A stretch of 32,488 nucleotides of DNA. Origin: a virus. The position numbers and the translations under genes were made by a program. The DNA lies in IMG/VR virus record IMGVR_UViG_3300012038_000010; one strand, written 5' to 3'. Positions 7,460 to 14,999 of this stretch are shown piece after piece (position 1 is the stretch's first letter; every line of letters starts with the position of its first letter). Under the pieces are notes generated by a model. The model was given only the letters and a program-made list of their open reading frames with translations. It searched no databases and was not told the DNA's origin.

Positions 7460-7632
7460 AATGCGTATATTAAATTACTTAATTCTAGTTTTGCTTTTTT
7501 ACGGATGATATAAGAATCATCTGTTTCTTTTGATCTACCGAAAACGATTTCCATTTCATCGATTTGGTTAATAAGTTCGTTTAGATGTTTCAACTTTGAA
7601 ACTGTGTCTACCGGGATAATTAAGTCGTTCAT
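7456..7632 (-). CDS. Small hypothetical protein (58 aa), first gene after promoter copy 3.
   Basis: Hand translation: MNDLIIPVDTVSKLKHLNELINQIDEMEIVFGRSKETDDSYIIRKKAKLELSNLIYAL*. Confidence 0.5.
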   Translation of the reverse strand: MNDLIIPVDTVSKLKHLNELINQIDEMEIVFGRSKETDDSYIIRKKAKLELSNLIYAL

Positions 7633-7654
7633 AATTTTAATGTTTTAAATGTTT

Positions 7655-7679
7655 TGTAAAGATAGTGTTTATTTTTATA
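7655..7679 (-). promoter_or_regulatory. Copy 3 of the conserved early promoter motif.
   Basis: tgtaaagatagtgtttatttttata. On the minus strand a TTTG lies 19 nt upstream of TATCTTTA, which fits the Bacteroidota -33/-7 promoter geometry. The motif is 22 nt before the ATG at 7632. Confidence 0.65.
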
Positions 7680-7688
7680 CTGACAAAT

Positions 7689-8072
7689 TTATTTTAATGT
7701 ATTTATATCAATTGCCAATCCTTTTTCAATCAATCCGAAAACGTCGAAATGCCACTTTAATAATACCTGCATTTCCCAATATTTAAAATCTGAATAAGGA
7801 TTAATTTTTTCTTTTCTGTAATCTTGGTAATTAATGATAATTCTAGTTTCTGCATCAAATAAAGTAAAATCAAGCTTTTCGCCGTTACATTCAACTTCTT
7901 TTGTAAGGTCTGAAATAGGCCGTAAAATCGGTTTTAATTTATGTAAAGTATTACACATTAAACTAAGTTCAAAAGGCGTTAATTCAATGCTTTTAATAGG
8001 TGAATAAAATTCGCTTTTCACAATTAAATTATAAGGCAAATAAGGGGCTAAGTGTTTTAACTCTAATTCCAT
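7689..8072 (-). CDS. Hypothetical protein (127 aa).
   Basis: Tightly packed ORF. No motif recognised. Confidence 0.6.
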   Translation of the reverse strand: MELELKHLAPYLPYNLIVKSEFYSPIKSIELTPFELSLMCNTLHKLKPILRPISDLTKEVECNGEKLDFTLFDAETRIIINYQDYRKEKINPYSDFKYWEMQVLLKWHFDVFGLIEKGLAIDINTLK

Positions 8073-8077
8073 AATAT

Positions 8078-8320
8078 TTATTTTAGGTTAATTAATGCCA
8101 TTTCGACAAGTTCATCAATAAATGAATCTGTTAAATTATCAATCATTTCAACGTCGTTAATTTTAATCGAATGAACGTCGAATGATGCAGATGCTTCCGG
8201 GGAACCCCCTTCATTAAACACATAACTGCCTTTGCAGTATGGAGAATAATAACCTTCTAAGTCAAACTCAAGTGTTTTTTTATCTGACAAATAAAGTACT
8301 GTTGTTAGTGTTGCTTTCAT
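8078..8320 (-). CDS. Hypothetical protein (80 aa).
   Basis: ORF that starts 21 nt downstream of promoter copy 4. Confidence 0.6.
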   Translation of the reverse strand: MKATLTTVLYLSDKKTLEFDLEGYYSPYCKGSYVFNEGGSPEASASFDVHSIKINDVEMIDNLTDSFIDELVEMALINLK

Positions 8321-8341
8321 AATGAAATATTTTAAATTCCC

Positions 8342-8366
8342 TGTAAAGATAGTTGTTATTTTTATA
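8342..8366 (-). promoter_or_regulatory. Copy 4 of the conserved early promoter motif.
   Basis: tgtaaagatagttgttatttttata. Confidence 0.6.
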
Positions 8367-8413
8367 GTAAATAATTTATTCGATGAACGGCACTAAATTT
8401 TAACATATAGACA

Positions 8414-8445
8414 CAAAAAAGCCGGGAAGTATGAGAAACCCGGCT
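8414..8445 (-). terminator. Rho-independent terminator ending the lysis/late transcription unit.
   Basis: The minus strand reads AGCCGGGtttctcatacttCCCGGCTTTTTTG: a 7-bp GC-rich stem (8420..8426 with 8439..8445) followed by T6. Confidence 0.75.
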
Positions 8446-8518
8446 TAATCAACTAAATCTTAAAAACATGAAAACATTTAAACCAAAAATATTATTATGA
8501 AACATTAAACAAGTACCC

Positions 8519-8977
8519 CTAAATGCTTAATGGTTTAGTAAATTTACGAAAATAAATGTAAATAGCAACTATTATTATAATAAAAAATAGAAATAAAAAG
8601 AAAAAAGCCCCTAAGCCCAGTAAAACAAAGAGTTTTGTGTTATCACTTTCTTTGTGTTTTACATCCTCATTAATCTTTTCAGCAACTTTTTCTTTTATGA
8701 ATACCGTGTCTTTTGAGTGAGTGAAGATAGTTTCTTTGTTGTTTATTACGCGCGTGTTAATTATCGTATCACGCCCGATAATCATAGGCTTAGTGTTATC
8801 GTATGGTTCGTATGAAAATAATTCCTTAAAAGCTGTTGTATTCGTTTCTGTACCGGATGCAGTTTCTTTTTCTGATTCCTTTGATGTTGACTTTCTGCTT
8901 TTGTACTTTTCAATTGAGCCGCACGAATTTAAGATAAGAAAAGACAGGATTAAGACAGGATTAAGATAGGATTTCAT
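8519..8977 (-). CDS. Unimolecular spanin candidate: N-terminal lipoprotein signal plus a C-terminal TM anchor.
   Basis: MKSYLNPVLILSFLILNSCGS has a lipobox, LNSC. The C-terminus has a strong TM segment, LFVLLGLGAFFFLFLFFIIIIVAIYIYF. The gene is immediately downstream of the endolysin gene and overlaps it. Confidence 0.65.
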   Translation of the reverse strand: MKSYLNPVLILSFLILNSCGSIEKYKSRKSTSKESEKETASGTETNTTAFKELFSYEPYDNTKPMIIGRDTIINTRVINNKETIFTHSKDTVFIKEKVAEKINEDVKHKESDNTKLFVLLGLGAFFFLFLFFIIIIVAIYIYFRKFTKPLSI

Positions 8978-9486
8978 ATATTAGGATATACAATGTTATT
9001 CTCGATAATGATATTATGCTTATCAACTTGCGATTTTAATTCACGCCATGTGTAACTTTGTCCGTTTGGCTTTTTTAATTGGAAATGTGGTTGATCTGGA
9101 AAACTTTTCCAATCTCCGCCATGTTCCCAACCTTTTGATTTAAAGTATGTAACTACTTCCATCCAATCGGACTGCCTATCTTTGTCAAAGTCCTTAACCG
9201 TATCCCAGCTTGCAGCTTCAAAAGTGCCATCGTTATTCGCATCGATCAATAGCACAATATCAAACGCAAGCCCGTAGCAATGGATTGACTGCCACGCATC
9301 GGCATTGGTTACTTTGGGACGTTGTTTAAATAATGCGTGCTGTTCTTCCGGTGTTCTGAATACATAAGCGAAACGCAATCTAACCCCTTCACCTAATAAA
9401 GCATTTGCCTCTTTATATTGTTGTAAAAGTGATTCCCTAATTTTAGGGTGCGCTTTTGCGATTCTTTCAATAGTGACTTTATCCAT
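8974..9486 (-). CDS. Endolysin, peptidase M15 (VanY / L-Ala-D-Glu peptidase-like).
   Basis: SIHCYGLAFD and GGDW..FPDQPHFQ are zinc-ligand motifs of the M15 family. I trimmed the start to the internal ATG at 9486 (MDKVTIERI...), because the track start at 9537 would overlap the holin gene by 59 nt. Confidence 0.8.
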   Translation of the reverse strand: MDKVTIERIAKAHPKIRESLLQQYKEANALLGEGVRLRFAYVFRTPEEQHALFKQRPKVTNADAWQSIHCYGLAFDIVLLIDANNDGTFEAASWDTVKDFDKDRQSDWMEVVTYFKSKGWEHGGDWKSFPDQPHFQLKKPNGQSYTWRELKSQVDKHNIIIENNIVYPNI

Positions 9487-9694
9487 TATTCTCTGTTTTT
9501 GTTTCGTCTGCTTTTGATTTAGTAGTTGAACTTCCAAAGTAATAACCCACGACCATCGACATTAATCCTACTACTGCCATTTTAACGTCCGTAGCTGAAC
9601 TTTCTTTATCCAATAAATACAATCCACCTACAATTATCATTATTGCGGAAATACCCTGTATATTAGCTTTTGCAATTGCTTCTTTATAGTTCAT
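9479..9694 (-). CDS. Holin candidate (71 aa, two TM segments, charged C-terminus).
   Basis: TM segments ISAIMIIVGGLYLL and MAVVGLMSMVVGYYF, with tail KSKADETKTENNG. It sits directly upstream of the endolysin gene. Confidence 0.65.
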   Translation of the reverse strand: MNYKEAIAKANIQGISAIMIIVGGLYLLDKESSATDVKMAVVGLMSMVVGYYFGSSTTKSKADETKTENNG

Positions 9695-10053
9695 TATTTA
9701 TTAGGTTTAAACATATTACTAATCCAGGAAAATAAACCATCAAAGAAAGCAGTTAAAAATATATCCACATTGAATTTATATATTACAAATTCCGCTATTT
9801 TATCCGATATGATAGCCACAAAAGCAATAGCAATACTTTGATACTGTAACGGTATTTCACCCTGAACAAATCCGCTTGACAAATAAGCCCCGCCAACTCC
9901 GACAAACATCGATAGGCATACATTAAAAATACTCACTTTCGTAGAATCCTTTTTCATTTCAATCGCTATTTTCATTCCTACACCTATAAAAGCCGGAAAT
10001 ATTATTTTAAGAATAAATTGCAGTAATTCACTCTCTAGTATTTTTGTCGTCAT
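9694..10053 (-). CDS. Membrane protein (3-4 TM segments), a second holin or antiholin candidate.
   Basis: 119 aa and strongly hydrophobic (IIFPAFIGVGMKIAI, CLSMFVGVGGAYL, IAIAFVAIISD). Located within the lysis cassette. Confidence 0.5.
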   Translation of the reverse strand: MTTKILESELLQFILKIIFPAFIGVGMKIAIEMKKDSTKVSIFNVCLSMFVGVGGAYLSSGFVQGEIPLQYQSIAIAFVAIISDKIAEFVIYKFNVDIFLTAFFDGLFSWISNMFKPNK

Positions 10054-10339
10054 TTCGTAGTATTTTGATTACCCAAACTACGGGTAAAGATAAGGCAAAA
10101 ATCAATTCGTTTAACTGCAATTTTGTTGCATCAAAAAAAAATTCATCTGCTAAGTTATTAATTGACAGCATCAACAACAACCAACAGATGAAAGATTTTT
10201 TGTTTTTTAAGTAAATGTATACTGATAACAGCAGTATAAAAATAGACATACCAATATAAAAAGCGCCTTCTGGTAAAAACTCCCAAAGGTTAAAAGTAAG
10301 TATCGAAATTATAACCGCTATGTAAAGTATCTTTTCCAT
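10028..10339 (-). CDS. Membrane protein (about 3 TM segments).
   Basis: 103 aa: ILYIAVIISILTFNLW, FYIGMSIFILLLSVYIYL, ICWLLLMLSINNL. Confidence 0.55.
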   Translation of the reverse strand: MEKILYIAVIISILTFNLWEFLPEGAFYIGMSIFILLLSVYIYLKNKKSFICWLLLMLSINNLADEFFFDATKLQLNELIFALSLPVVWVIKILRNDDKNTRE

Positions 10340-10468
10340 TTACCTGTCTTTTGGTCGTCCCCCTACAAGTTCAAGTCCTGCCTCTTCTAAGATAATTGAC
10401 GCAGCTTCTAAAGCTATAATTTCTTCCGGTGTAGCTTCGCGCCCTACAACTAAATATTTGAAATTCAT
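10340..10468 (-). CDS. Small hypothetical protein (42 aa), below the ORF-track cutoff.
   Basis: Hand translation: MNFKYLVVGREATPEEIIALEAASIILEEAGLELVGGRPKDR*. The stop abuts the next ATG (TAAATG). Confidence 0.4.
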   Translation of the reverse strand: MNFKYLVVGREATPEEIIALEAASIILEEAGLELVGGRPKDR

Positions 10469-10553
10469 ACATGTAAGTTTTTATTCCTACTAAGATAATA
10501 AAAAAATACATATGAATAATAAACCCCTCAATTAAGAAGGGTTTATTTTTTTG

Positions 10554-10742
10554 CTACTCAACACTATATCCTTTTTCTTCTAAAAATACTTCAATCATCT
10601 CGTATAACGACTGCAAGTTACGCATATAAGACAAGTCTTTTTCTGCGTGTTTATCTTTTATACAGTGCATCATATCAAACATCATATCCATTGCCACAGC
10701 TTCCGAAGGTTTAACCGGAAACTTCTCAAAAAACTTGTCCAT
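10554..10742 (-). CDS. Hypothetical acidic protein (62 aa).
   Basis: ORF 7 nt downstream of the preceding gene. No motif recognised. Confidence 0.55.
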   Translation of the reverse strand: MDKFFEKFPVKPSEAVAMDMMFDMMHCIKDKHAEKDLSYMRNLQSLYEMIEVFLEEKGYSVE

Positions 10743-10749
10743 CGTGAAA

Positions 10750-11412
10750 TTACTTTACGTTGGTTTGCTGGTTTGCCTGGTTTCCCGAAGCTGCCATTGT
10801 ACCAAAGTTAATAACGTCGTTACTGGTTTTGTTGATCTGATTAGATAAAAAATCAAATCTTCTGTCAAGTGCTGCACGGTCTAAAATTTGTTGTTGTTGT
10901 GCTTGTGCTTGTGCTTGACTAACTGTGATTGTAATATCACTTTTGTCAGCGTGTCTGTGAGCAGTGTGTAATTGATCTCTTAACGCATCAATTTCAGTTT
11001 GATTAATCTTAGCTAAAATAGCTGCTGTCTGAGCAACGGAAGCCGCTTCTAATTCGTCAAATCTGCGATCAGCTACAATAGCTAAAGCAGTTGCCTGGTC
11101 TTTTATTGCCTGAGTGTTGTTTGATGCTTGTATAGCTGCTGCGTAAAATTGCTGTAAATTGGTTTTTTCCGCATCGCATACTTGCATTTGAATTGCTCTG
11201 GCTTCTGCTACAGATACATCTTTGGAATTTCCAATAGCAGCCAATAAAACAGCTTGACCTTGACAGTCATCGTCTTTTTTACGTCCTGTTATATCACCAA
11301 TTCCCAATAATCCTAAAAGTCCGAAAGTACCAATGCCCCCGCCTAATCCGCCAAAACCACCGCCAATACCTGAGCCAATAGCATTATATTCACTCGCGTT
11401 TGATAAACTCAT
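10750..11412 (-). CDS. Glycine-zipper / Ala-Gln-rich protein of unknown function (220 aa from the internal ATG).
   Basis: The N-terminus is GSGIGGGFGGLGGGIGTFGLLGLLGIG (GxxxG-rich and hydrophobic). A long A/Q-rich helical region follows, with two Cys and AQAQAQQQQ. A start at 11412 (MSLSNASEY...) is preferred over the track start at 11451. It leaves an 88-nt divergent intergenic region containing TAATTTTG, a consensus -7 box, on the minus strand at 11447..11440. Confidence 0.6.
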   Translation of the reverse strand: MSLSNASEYNAIGSGIGGGFGGLGGGIGTFGLLGLLGIGDITGRKKDDDCQGQAVLLAAIGNSKDVSVAEARAIQMQVCDAEKTNLQQFYAAAIQASNNTQAIKDQATALAIVADRRFDELEAASVAQTAAILAKINQTEIDALRDQLHTAHRHADKSDITITVSQAQAQAQQQQILDRAALDRRFDFLSNQINKTSNDVINFGTMAASGNQANQQTNVK

Positions 11413-11500
11413 AATTTTAGATTTTAAATTAATAATATCCAAAATTAACACTAACTTAGTATGTTAAGGTTGTGATTGTTAACTACTTATATATCACTAC

Positions 11501-11734
11501 ATGAAATATAAAAAAGAATTAAGCTGTATACTGGTGGCTATTGGAAGGAATGTAAAAAGGTTAAGGTTAGAGAAAGGATTAACTCAACAAGATTTAGCCT
11601 TCGAATGCGATATGGATAAAAGTACAGTATCTAACATTGAACGGTTTAATTTAGATAATATAACAATAGGCACACTAGTGAAAATGTGCCTAATATTAGA
11701 ATGCAATCTGATCGAATTATTTAAAATTCTTTAA
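11501..11734 (+). CDS. XRE-family helix-turn-helix transcriptional regulator. This is the only plus-strand gene.
   Basis: LRLEKGLTQQDLAFECDMDKSTVSNIERFN...TIGTLVKMCLILECNLIELF is the classic HTH_3 pattern. Confidence 0.85.
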   Translation: MKYKKELSCILVAIGRNVKRLRLEKGLTQQDLAFECDMDKSTVSNIERFNLDNITIGTLVKMCLILECNLIELFKIL

Positions 11735-12056
11735 TGCTTTTTTTGCAGTGATCTTTTTCTATTTTACCTAAGATAAAACAAATTACTTTTCCGGTTTTGC
11801 TGAGTGTATTATCCCTTTCGTTTTTACCCAAAGCTGATGATATAGTTTCGTTTTCATTCCCGAATTTATAACCTGATTCAACTTTTAAATACTTATTCCA
11901 TGTAGCACGAAATTCTCTATTTGCAAACTTATCTATATTGATCGCAGTTTCTTTGAAATATCCCTTCTTTCCAGGTACAACAAAATAGTTAATTATTGTC
12001 ATAGGCAAAAGAAATACAATAGCTATTAATAATAGAATCATGCGTCTATTTCCCAA
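11721..12056 (-). CDS. N-terminally membrane-anchored or secreted protein (111 aa).
   Basis: MGNRRMILLLIAIVFLLPMTIINYFVV is a signal anchor. The 3' end overlaps the 3' end of the convergent XRE gene by 14 nt. Confidence 0.55.
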   Translation of the reverse strand: MGNRRMILLLIAIVFLLPMTIINYFVVPGKKGYFKETAINIDKFANREFRATWNKYLKVESGYKFGNENETISSALGKNERDNTLSKTGKVICFILGKIEKDHCKKSIKEF

Positions 12057-12391
12057 TCAGTTGATAATGTATTGTAGTTTGTAGTTTCTTCCATTTGTAA
12101 TAAAATGAAAGTTAACTCGGTTAACCTTTGATTGAAGTTAGCAAACAGGCTTGTAGTCGACTCTAATGCAGCCAAATTAGCCTCAATAGCTTCATAATCC
12201 GACTTAAGAATTAATTTATCAATCTTAGACATAACAATAATAGCATCGTTATCAATACGGTAATAATACCCTTTAACCCTGATGTTATTTATATCACATT
12301 CAATGCCATCAATTGACATTCTTATAATAGACTGTGTAACCCCTCTTTCAGTAGGTACGGTAAACTCTGTTGTTGTTCTTAATTTTAGCAT
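12038..12391 (-). CDS. Hypothetical protein (117 aa), downstream of the tail-fibre genes.
   Basis: ORF only. Confidence 0.55.
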   Translation of the reverse strand: MLKLRTTTEFTVPTERGVTQSIIRMSIDGIECDINNIRVKGYYYRIDNDAIIVMSKIDKLILKSDYEAIEANLAALESTTSLFANFNQRLTELTFILLQMEETTNYNTLSTDWEIDA

Positions 12392-12400
12392 ATTAATTAA

Positions 12401-13150
12401 TTATAATGGATAAGTACGCCCCGTGCCGGAGTTGTAAAGATATGTTATTTCTGTCTGTGTTAATGCTCTGTTTCCCCATATTGCAACCTCTTCAACATAT
12501 CCTAAATGCTGAAGTGTAGAGTTTGCGAAATCCCAATTAGATATGCCAATTGTTGTGCCGGATGTTCCGTTTGGCATGCCTGTGTATGAACCAGTGCCGG
12601 CACTTGATACCGTTTGCAAAGTTCCGTTAATGTACATCTTCATTCCCGCAACTGTTTTAGTTCCATCGTCTGTAATGGTTATAAAATACCACGTATTTAA
12701 AGAGAAAGGAGCCGAGCTTGTTCTGATTGTTTGATGTATAGCAGGATTAGTTCTATCGAATTTATAAAAATACAAATTGCCGTCGGAATTACTGCGTATT
12801 AATTGCCATTCATCATTACCCCCTGTATTTGCCCGCTTATTAATTATGAAATTAAATGCGGAACTAAATCCGGTAAAATAAACCCACATAGACATTGAAA
12901 AAGGAATATCATTACCTAGCCCCGTAGTAAATGAAAAATTTGTGTTATCTGCTATCGTAACCCTATCACCAGTAGCGTTAAACCTTGCAGCGTTCCCGCT
13001 AATTCCTGAAACGTAGTCAACCCCGGTAGCCGTTCCAGTTGGACTTAATCCTGTGGAGTCACTAGTAATACTGTTTAATGTATAGTAAGCTACTAAATTA
13101 GTAAGCAATGCACTGCTTTTTATTCCTGAAAAAAATATAGGATTAAACAT
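12401..13150 (-). CDS. LamG / concanavalin-A-like lectin-domain protein, a probable receptor-binding or tail-fibre accessory protein.
   Basis: LVAYYTLNS...SGNAARFN..GDRVTI...FSMSMWVYF...WYFITITDDGT..KMYINGTL...VEEVAIWGNRALTQTEITYLYNSG fits the Laminin_G_3 pattern. Confidence 0.7.
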   Translation of the reverse strand: MFNPIFFSGIKSSALLTNLVAYYTLNSITSDSTGLSPTGTATGVDYVSGISGNAARFNATGDRVTIADNTNFSFTTGLGNDIPFSMSMWVYFTGFSSAFNFIINKRANTGGNDEWQLIRSNSDGNLYFYKFDRTNPAIHQTIRTSSAPFSLNTWYFITITDDGTKTVAGMKMYINGTLQTVSSAGTGSYTGMPNGTSGTTIGISNWDFANSTLQHLGYVEEVAIWGNRALTQTEITYLYNSGTGRTYPL

Positions 13151-13152
13151 AA

Positions 13153-14505
13153 TTAGTAATTAGTTATTTCTAAATAGTCGATTGTTCCGTTACTCCACAA
13201 AGACGCCTTGCTTCCAGCTATTCCGCTTAATATTGCCGTCCCGCTTAATTGTACTAATGTCCTTCCAGAACCCTGTACAAAAGTAATTGCGGCAGTACCT
13301 CCCTTACCGTATGAAGTAGTTACGCCGCCATTGCAAGTTATATTAATTGCACTTGCGCCGTTAGCAATTACAACATGCCTTCCATTTTGCCCTAATCCTG
13401 TCACTCCGTCTACTGTTGCAGTCGTGATGCTGACCGATGTTGTTATTGTTATTTGAGGGGCTAAGTAAAAGCTATCAAAATAAGTTTTTAAAATAGATTT
13501 TAATTGCGCAAAAGTTCGCGTCTTTGTTTTTGAAACATCCGCACTATCACCGATTACCATTAAATCAGCATCAACTAAATCAGTTGATTTTGCTGGCAGT
13601 AAAGAAATAAACCCCTCTTTTAAATAGTCAGCTATTGCCTTTGTTGTAGCGAAAAATGTGGTACTCGCTTCATTACCTACAATGGTCGGTTTTTTGTTTG
13701 CAGTATCTTCTTTAGTTACGTCTGCCGGAATGGATACGATATTCATATTTCTGCGAAGTACAGAAAATAAAAAGTTCTTTACTTTAATAGTTCCATTTCC
13801 ATCTGATAAAATATAAAATTCATTTGGATATGACTGAGCAATTAATGTGCCTACTACAACCTGAACGTTAATCGCAAATAATAAAGTCCCTGCCGTTTTA
13901 GTTGAATCATTAAGAAATGTAGTTGTAACCTCTGCAACTGAACCAATTCCGCTTTTGAACTGAATTGAAAACACTTGATTTGCTGATGTTGTAGTTACCT
14001 CACCAATAAAACGCATGTTAATGATATCTCCTAACGAACATTCCGATGCTATCATCTGATTATTAACGGAATCCCAAAGAGTTGAAACTCCCAAAGGCGG
14101 ATAAGCTATATTTGTGCTTGTGCCTAAAGTATCATTTGTTAGCTTCTTAGGAACTCCGGCAACAAATGGAATAGGAGTTGTATTTGTAGCTAAATCAGCA
14201 TACATAAACCACCCTATTGAATTTACAAAAGTGTCCGGTTTATTGAAAATATAATCATCAGCATCCGGATCGTCTTGCAGCCAATTGGCAGGGACGTTAA
14301 TTTCTGCCCCTACTTCAATACTATCTAACTTTGTTTTATCAGCATCCGTATAATTATTTTCAGATAGTCCAAAGCCTGGTGCAACTTCAACTTTCTTTGT
14401 GTTTAACTCCGCAAAGTTATCGTTTGCCTTTACCTGTGAATCCCGTAGAGTATCACCAAGCCCCGAATCCGGAGTTGAAACATTTATTGTTGATATTATA
14501 GCCAT
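13153..14505 (-). CDS. Tail fibre protein.
   Basis: The N-terminus GDTLRDSQVKANDNFAELN...GLSENNYTDADKTKLDSIEVGAEIN is a widespread phage tail-fibre N-terminal motif. The rest is Thr/Gly/Ser-rich beta-type sequence. Confidence 0.7.
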   Translation of the reverse strand: MAIISTINVSTPDSGLGDTLRDSQVKANDNFAELNTKKVEVAPGFGLSENNYTDADKTKLDSIEVGAEINVPANWLQDDPDADDYIFNKPDTFVNSIGWFMYADLATNTTPIPFVAGVPKKLTNDTLGTSTNIAYPPLGVSTLWDSVNNQMIASECSLGDIINMRFIGEVTTTSANQVFSIQFKSGIGSVAEVTTTFLNDSTKTAGTLLFAINVQVVVGTLIAQSYPNEFYILSDGNGTIKVKNFLFSVLRRNMNIVSIPADVTKEDTANKKPTIVGNEASTTFFATTKAIADYLKEGFISLLPAKSTDLVDADLMVIGDSADVSKTKTRTFAQLKSILKTYFDSFYLAPQITITTSVSITTATVDGVTGLGQNGRHVVIANGASAINITCNGGVTTSYGKGGTAAITFVQGSGRTLVQLSGTAILSGIAGSKASLWSNGTIDYLEITNY

Positions 14506-14999
14506 GGAAATGTTGTTTCGATTGTGATCGTTTTATTTGCTAATTCAGGTAAAGATAAATCTTTTACAAACTCTTTAAAGTTAGACTCTACCCCAGCAAT
14601 CAATTGGTTATATCTCAAAGATAGTCTTTCAGTTTCAGAACTATCCAACGTTTGCATGTTTTCTCCTGTGATTTTATGCAATCCGTTTTCGCTTACCTTA
14701 TACCCTCCGAAATCAACGAACAAAACTGAAGTGTAATAACTTAAAAAGTCCTTAATATAGTCTTCGTATATCGTTAAATAAACCCCTGTTAACGTTGAAG
14801 GTGTAAAAACTCCATCATTATAATCAGCTGAGTAATCAGTATAGATTTTAGTGTATAAATCTAGCCCTAGAAATGATTTTAAGTGCGTGGTTTGCGCAAT
14901 AAATATCATCGGCTTAAGATTGTCTACGTCTATATTGCCATCAAAAGGAGTTAACGAAATAACGTCCTGCGGCTGTATCATTAAATTCACTTGGCTCAT
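14496..14999 (-). CDS. Virion protein, possibly a gp6-like head-tail connector.
   Basis: Located directly after the portal gene. The N-terminal pattern ...ISLTPFDGNIDVDNLKPMIFIAQTTHLKSFLGLDLY resembles connector/adaptor families. This is a weak assignment made by eye. Confidence 0.35.
   Translation of the reverse strand: MSQVNLMIQPQDVISLTPFDGNIDVDNLKPMIFIAQTTHLKSFLGLDLYTKIYTDYSADYNDGVFTPSTLTGVYLTIYEDYIKDFLSYYTSVLFVDFGGYKVSENGLHKITGENMQTLDSSETERLSLRYNQLIAGVESNFKEFVKDLSLPELANKTITIETTFPWL

Noticed and set aside
9487-9537. N-terminal extensions given by the ORF track for the endolysin (9487..9537), the HNH endonuclease (20066..20107), the glycine-zipper protein (11413..11451) and the 95-aa ORF (30976..31065).
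   Set aside because: The extensions overlap upstream genes or better small ORFs, or they consume the intergenic promoter region. Internal ATGs give the compact spacing typical of the rest of the genome.
10521-10552. The hairpin aaaccc...gggttt followed by a T-run, considered as a terminator.
   Set aside because: The T-run follows the hairpin on the plus strand, where no gene is being transcribed into it. On the transcribed minus strand the hairpin is followed only by TTATTATT. At best it is a weak terminator, so I did not call it.
11452-11500. Imperfect inverted repeat (cttagtatgttaa ... ttaactactta) considered as an XRE operator.
   Set aside because: The symmetry is weak, with several mismatches, and in AT-rich DNA it could be chance. 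I mention it only as a place to test binding, not as a called feature.
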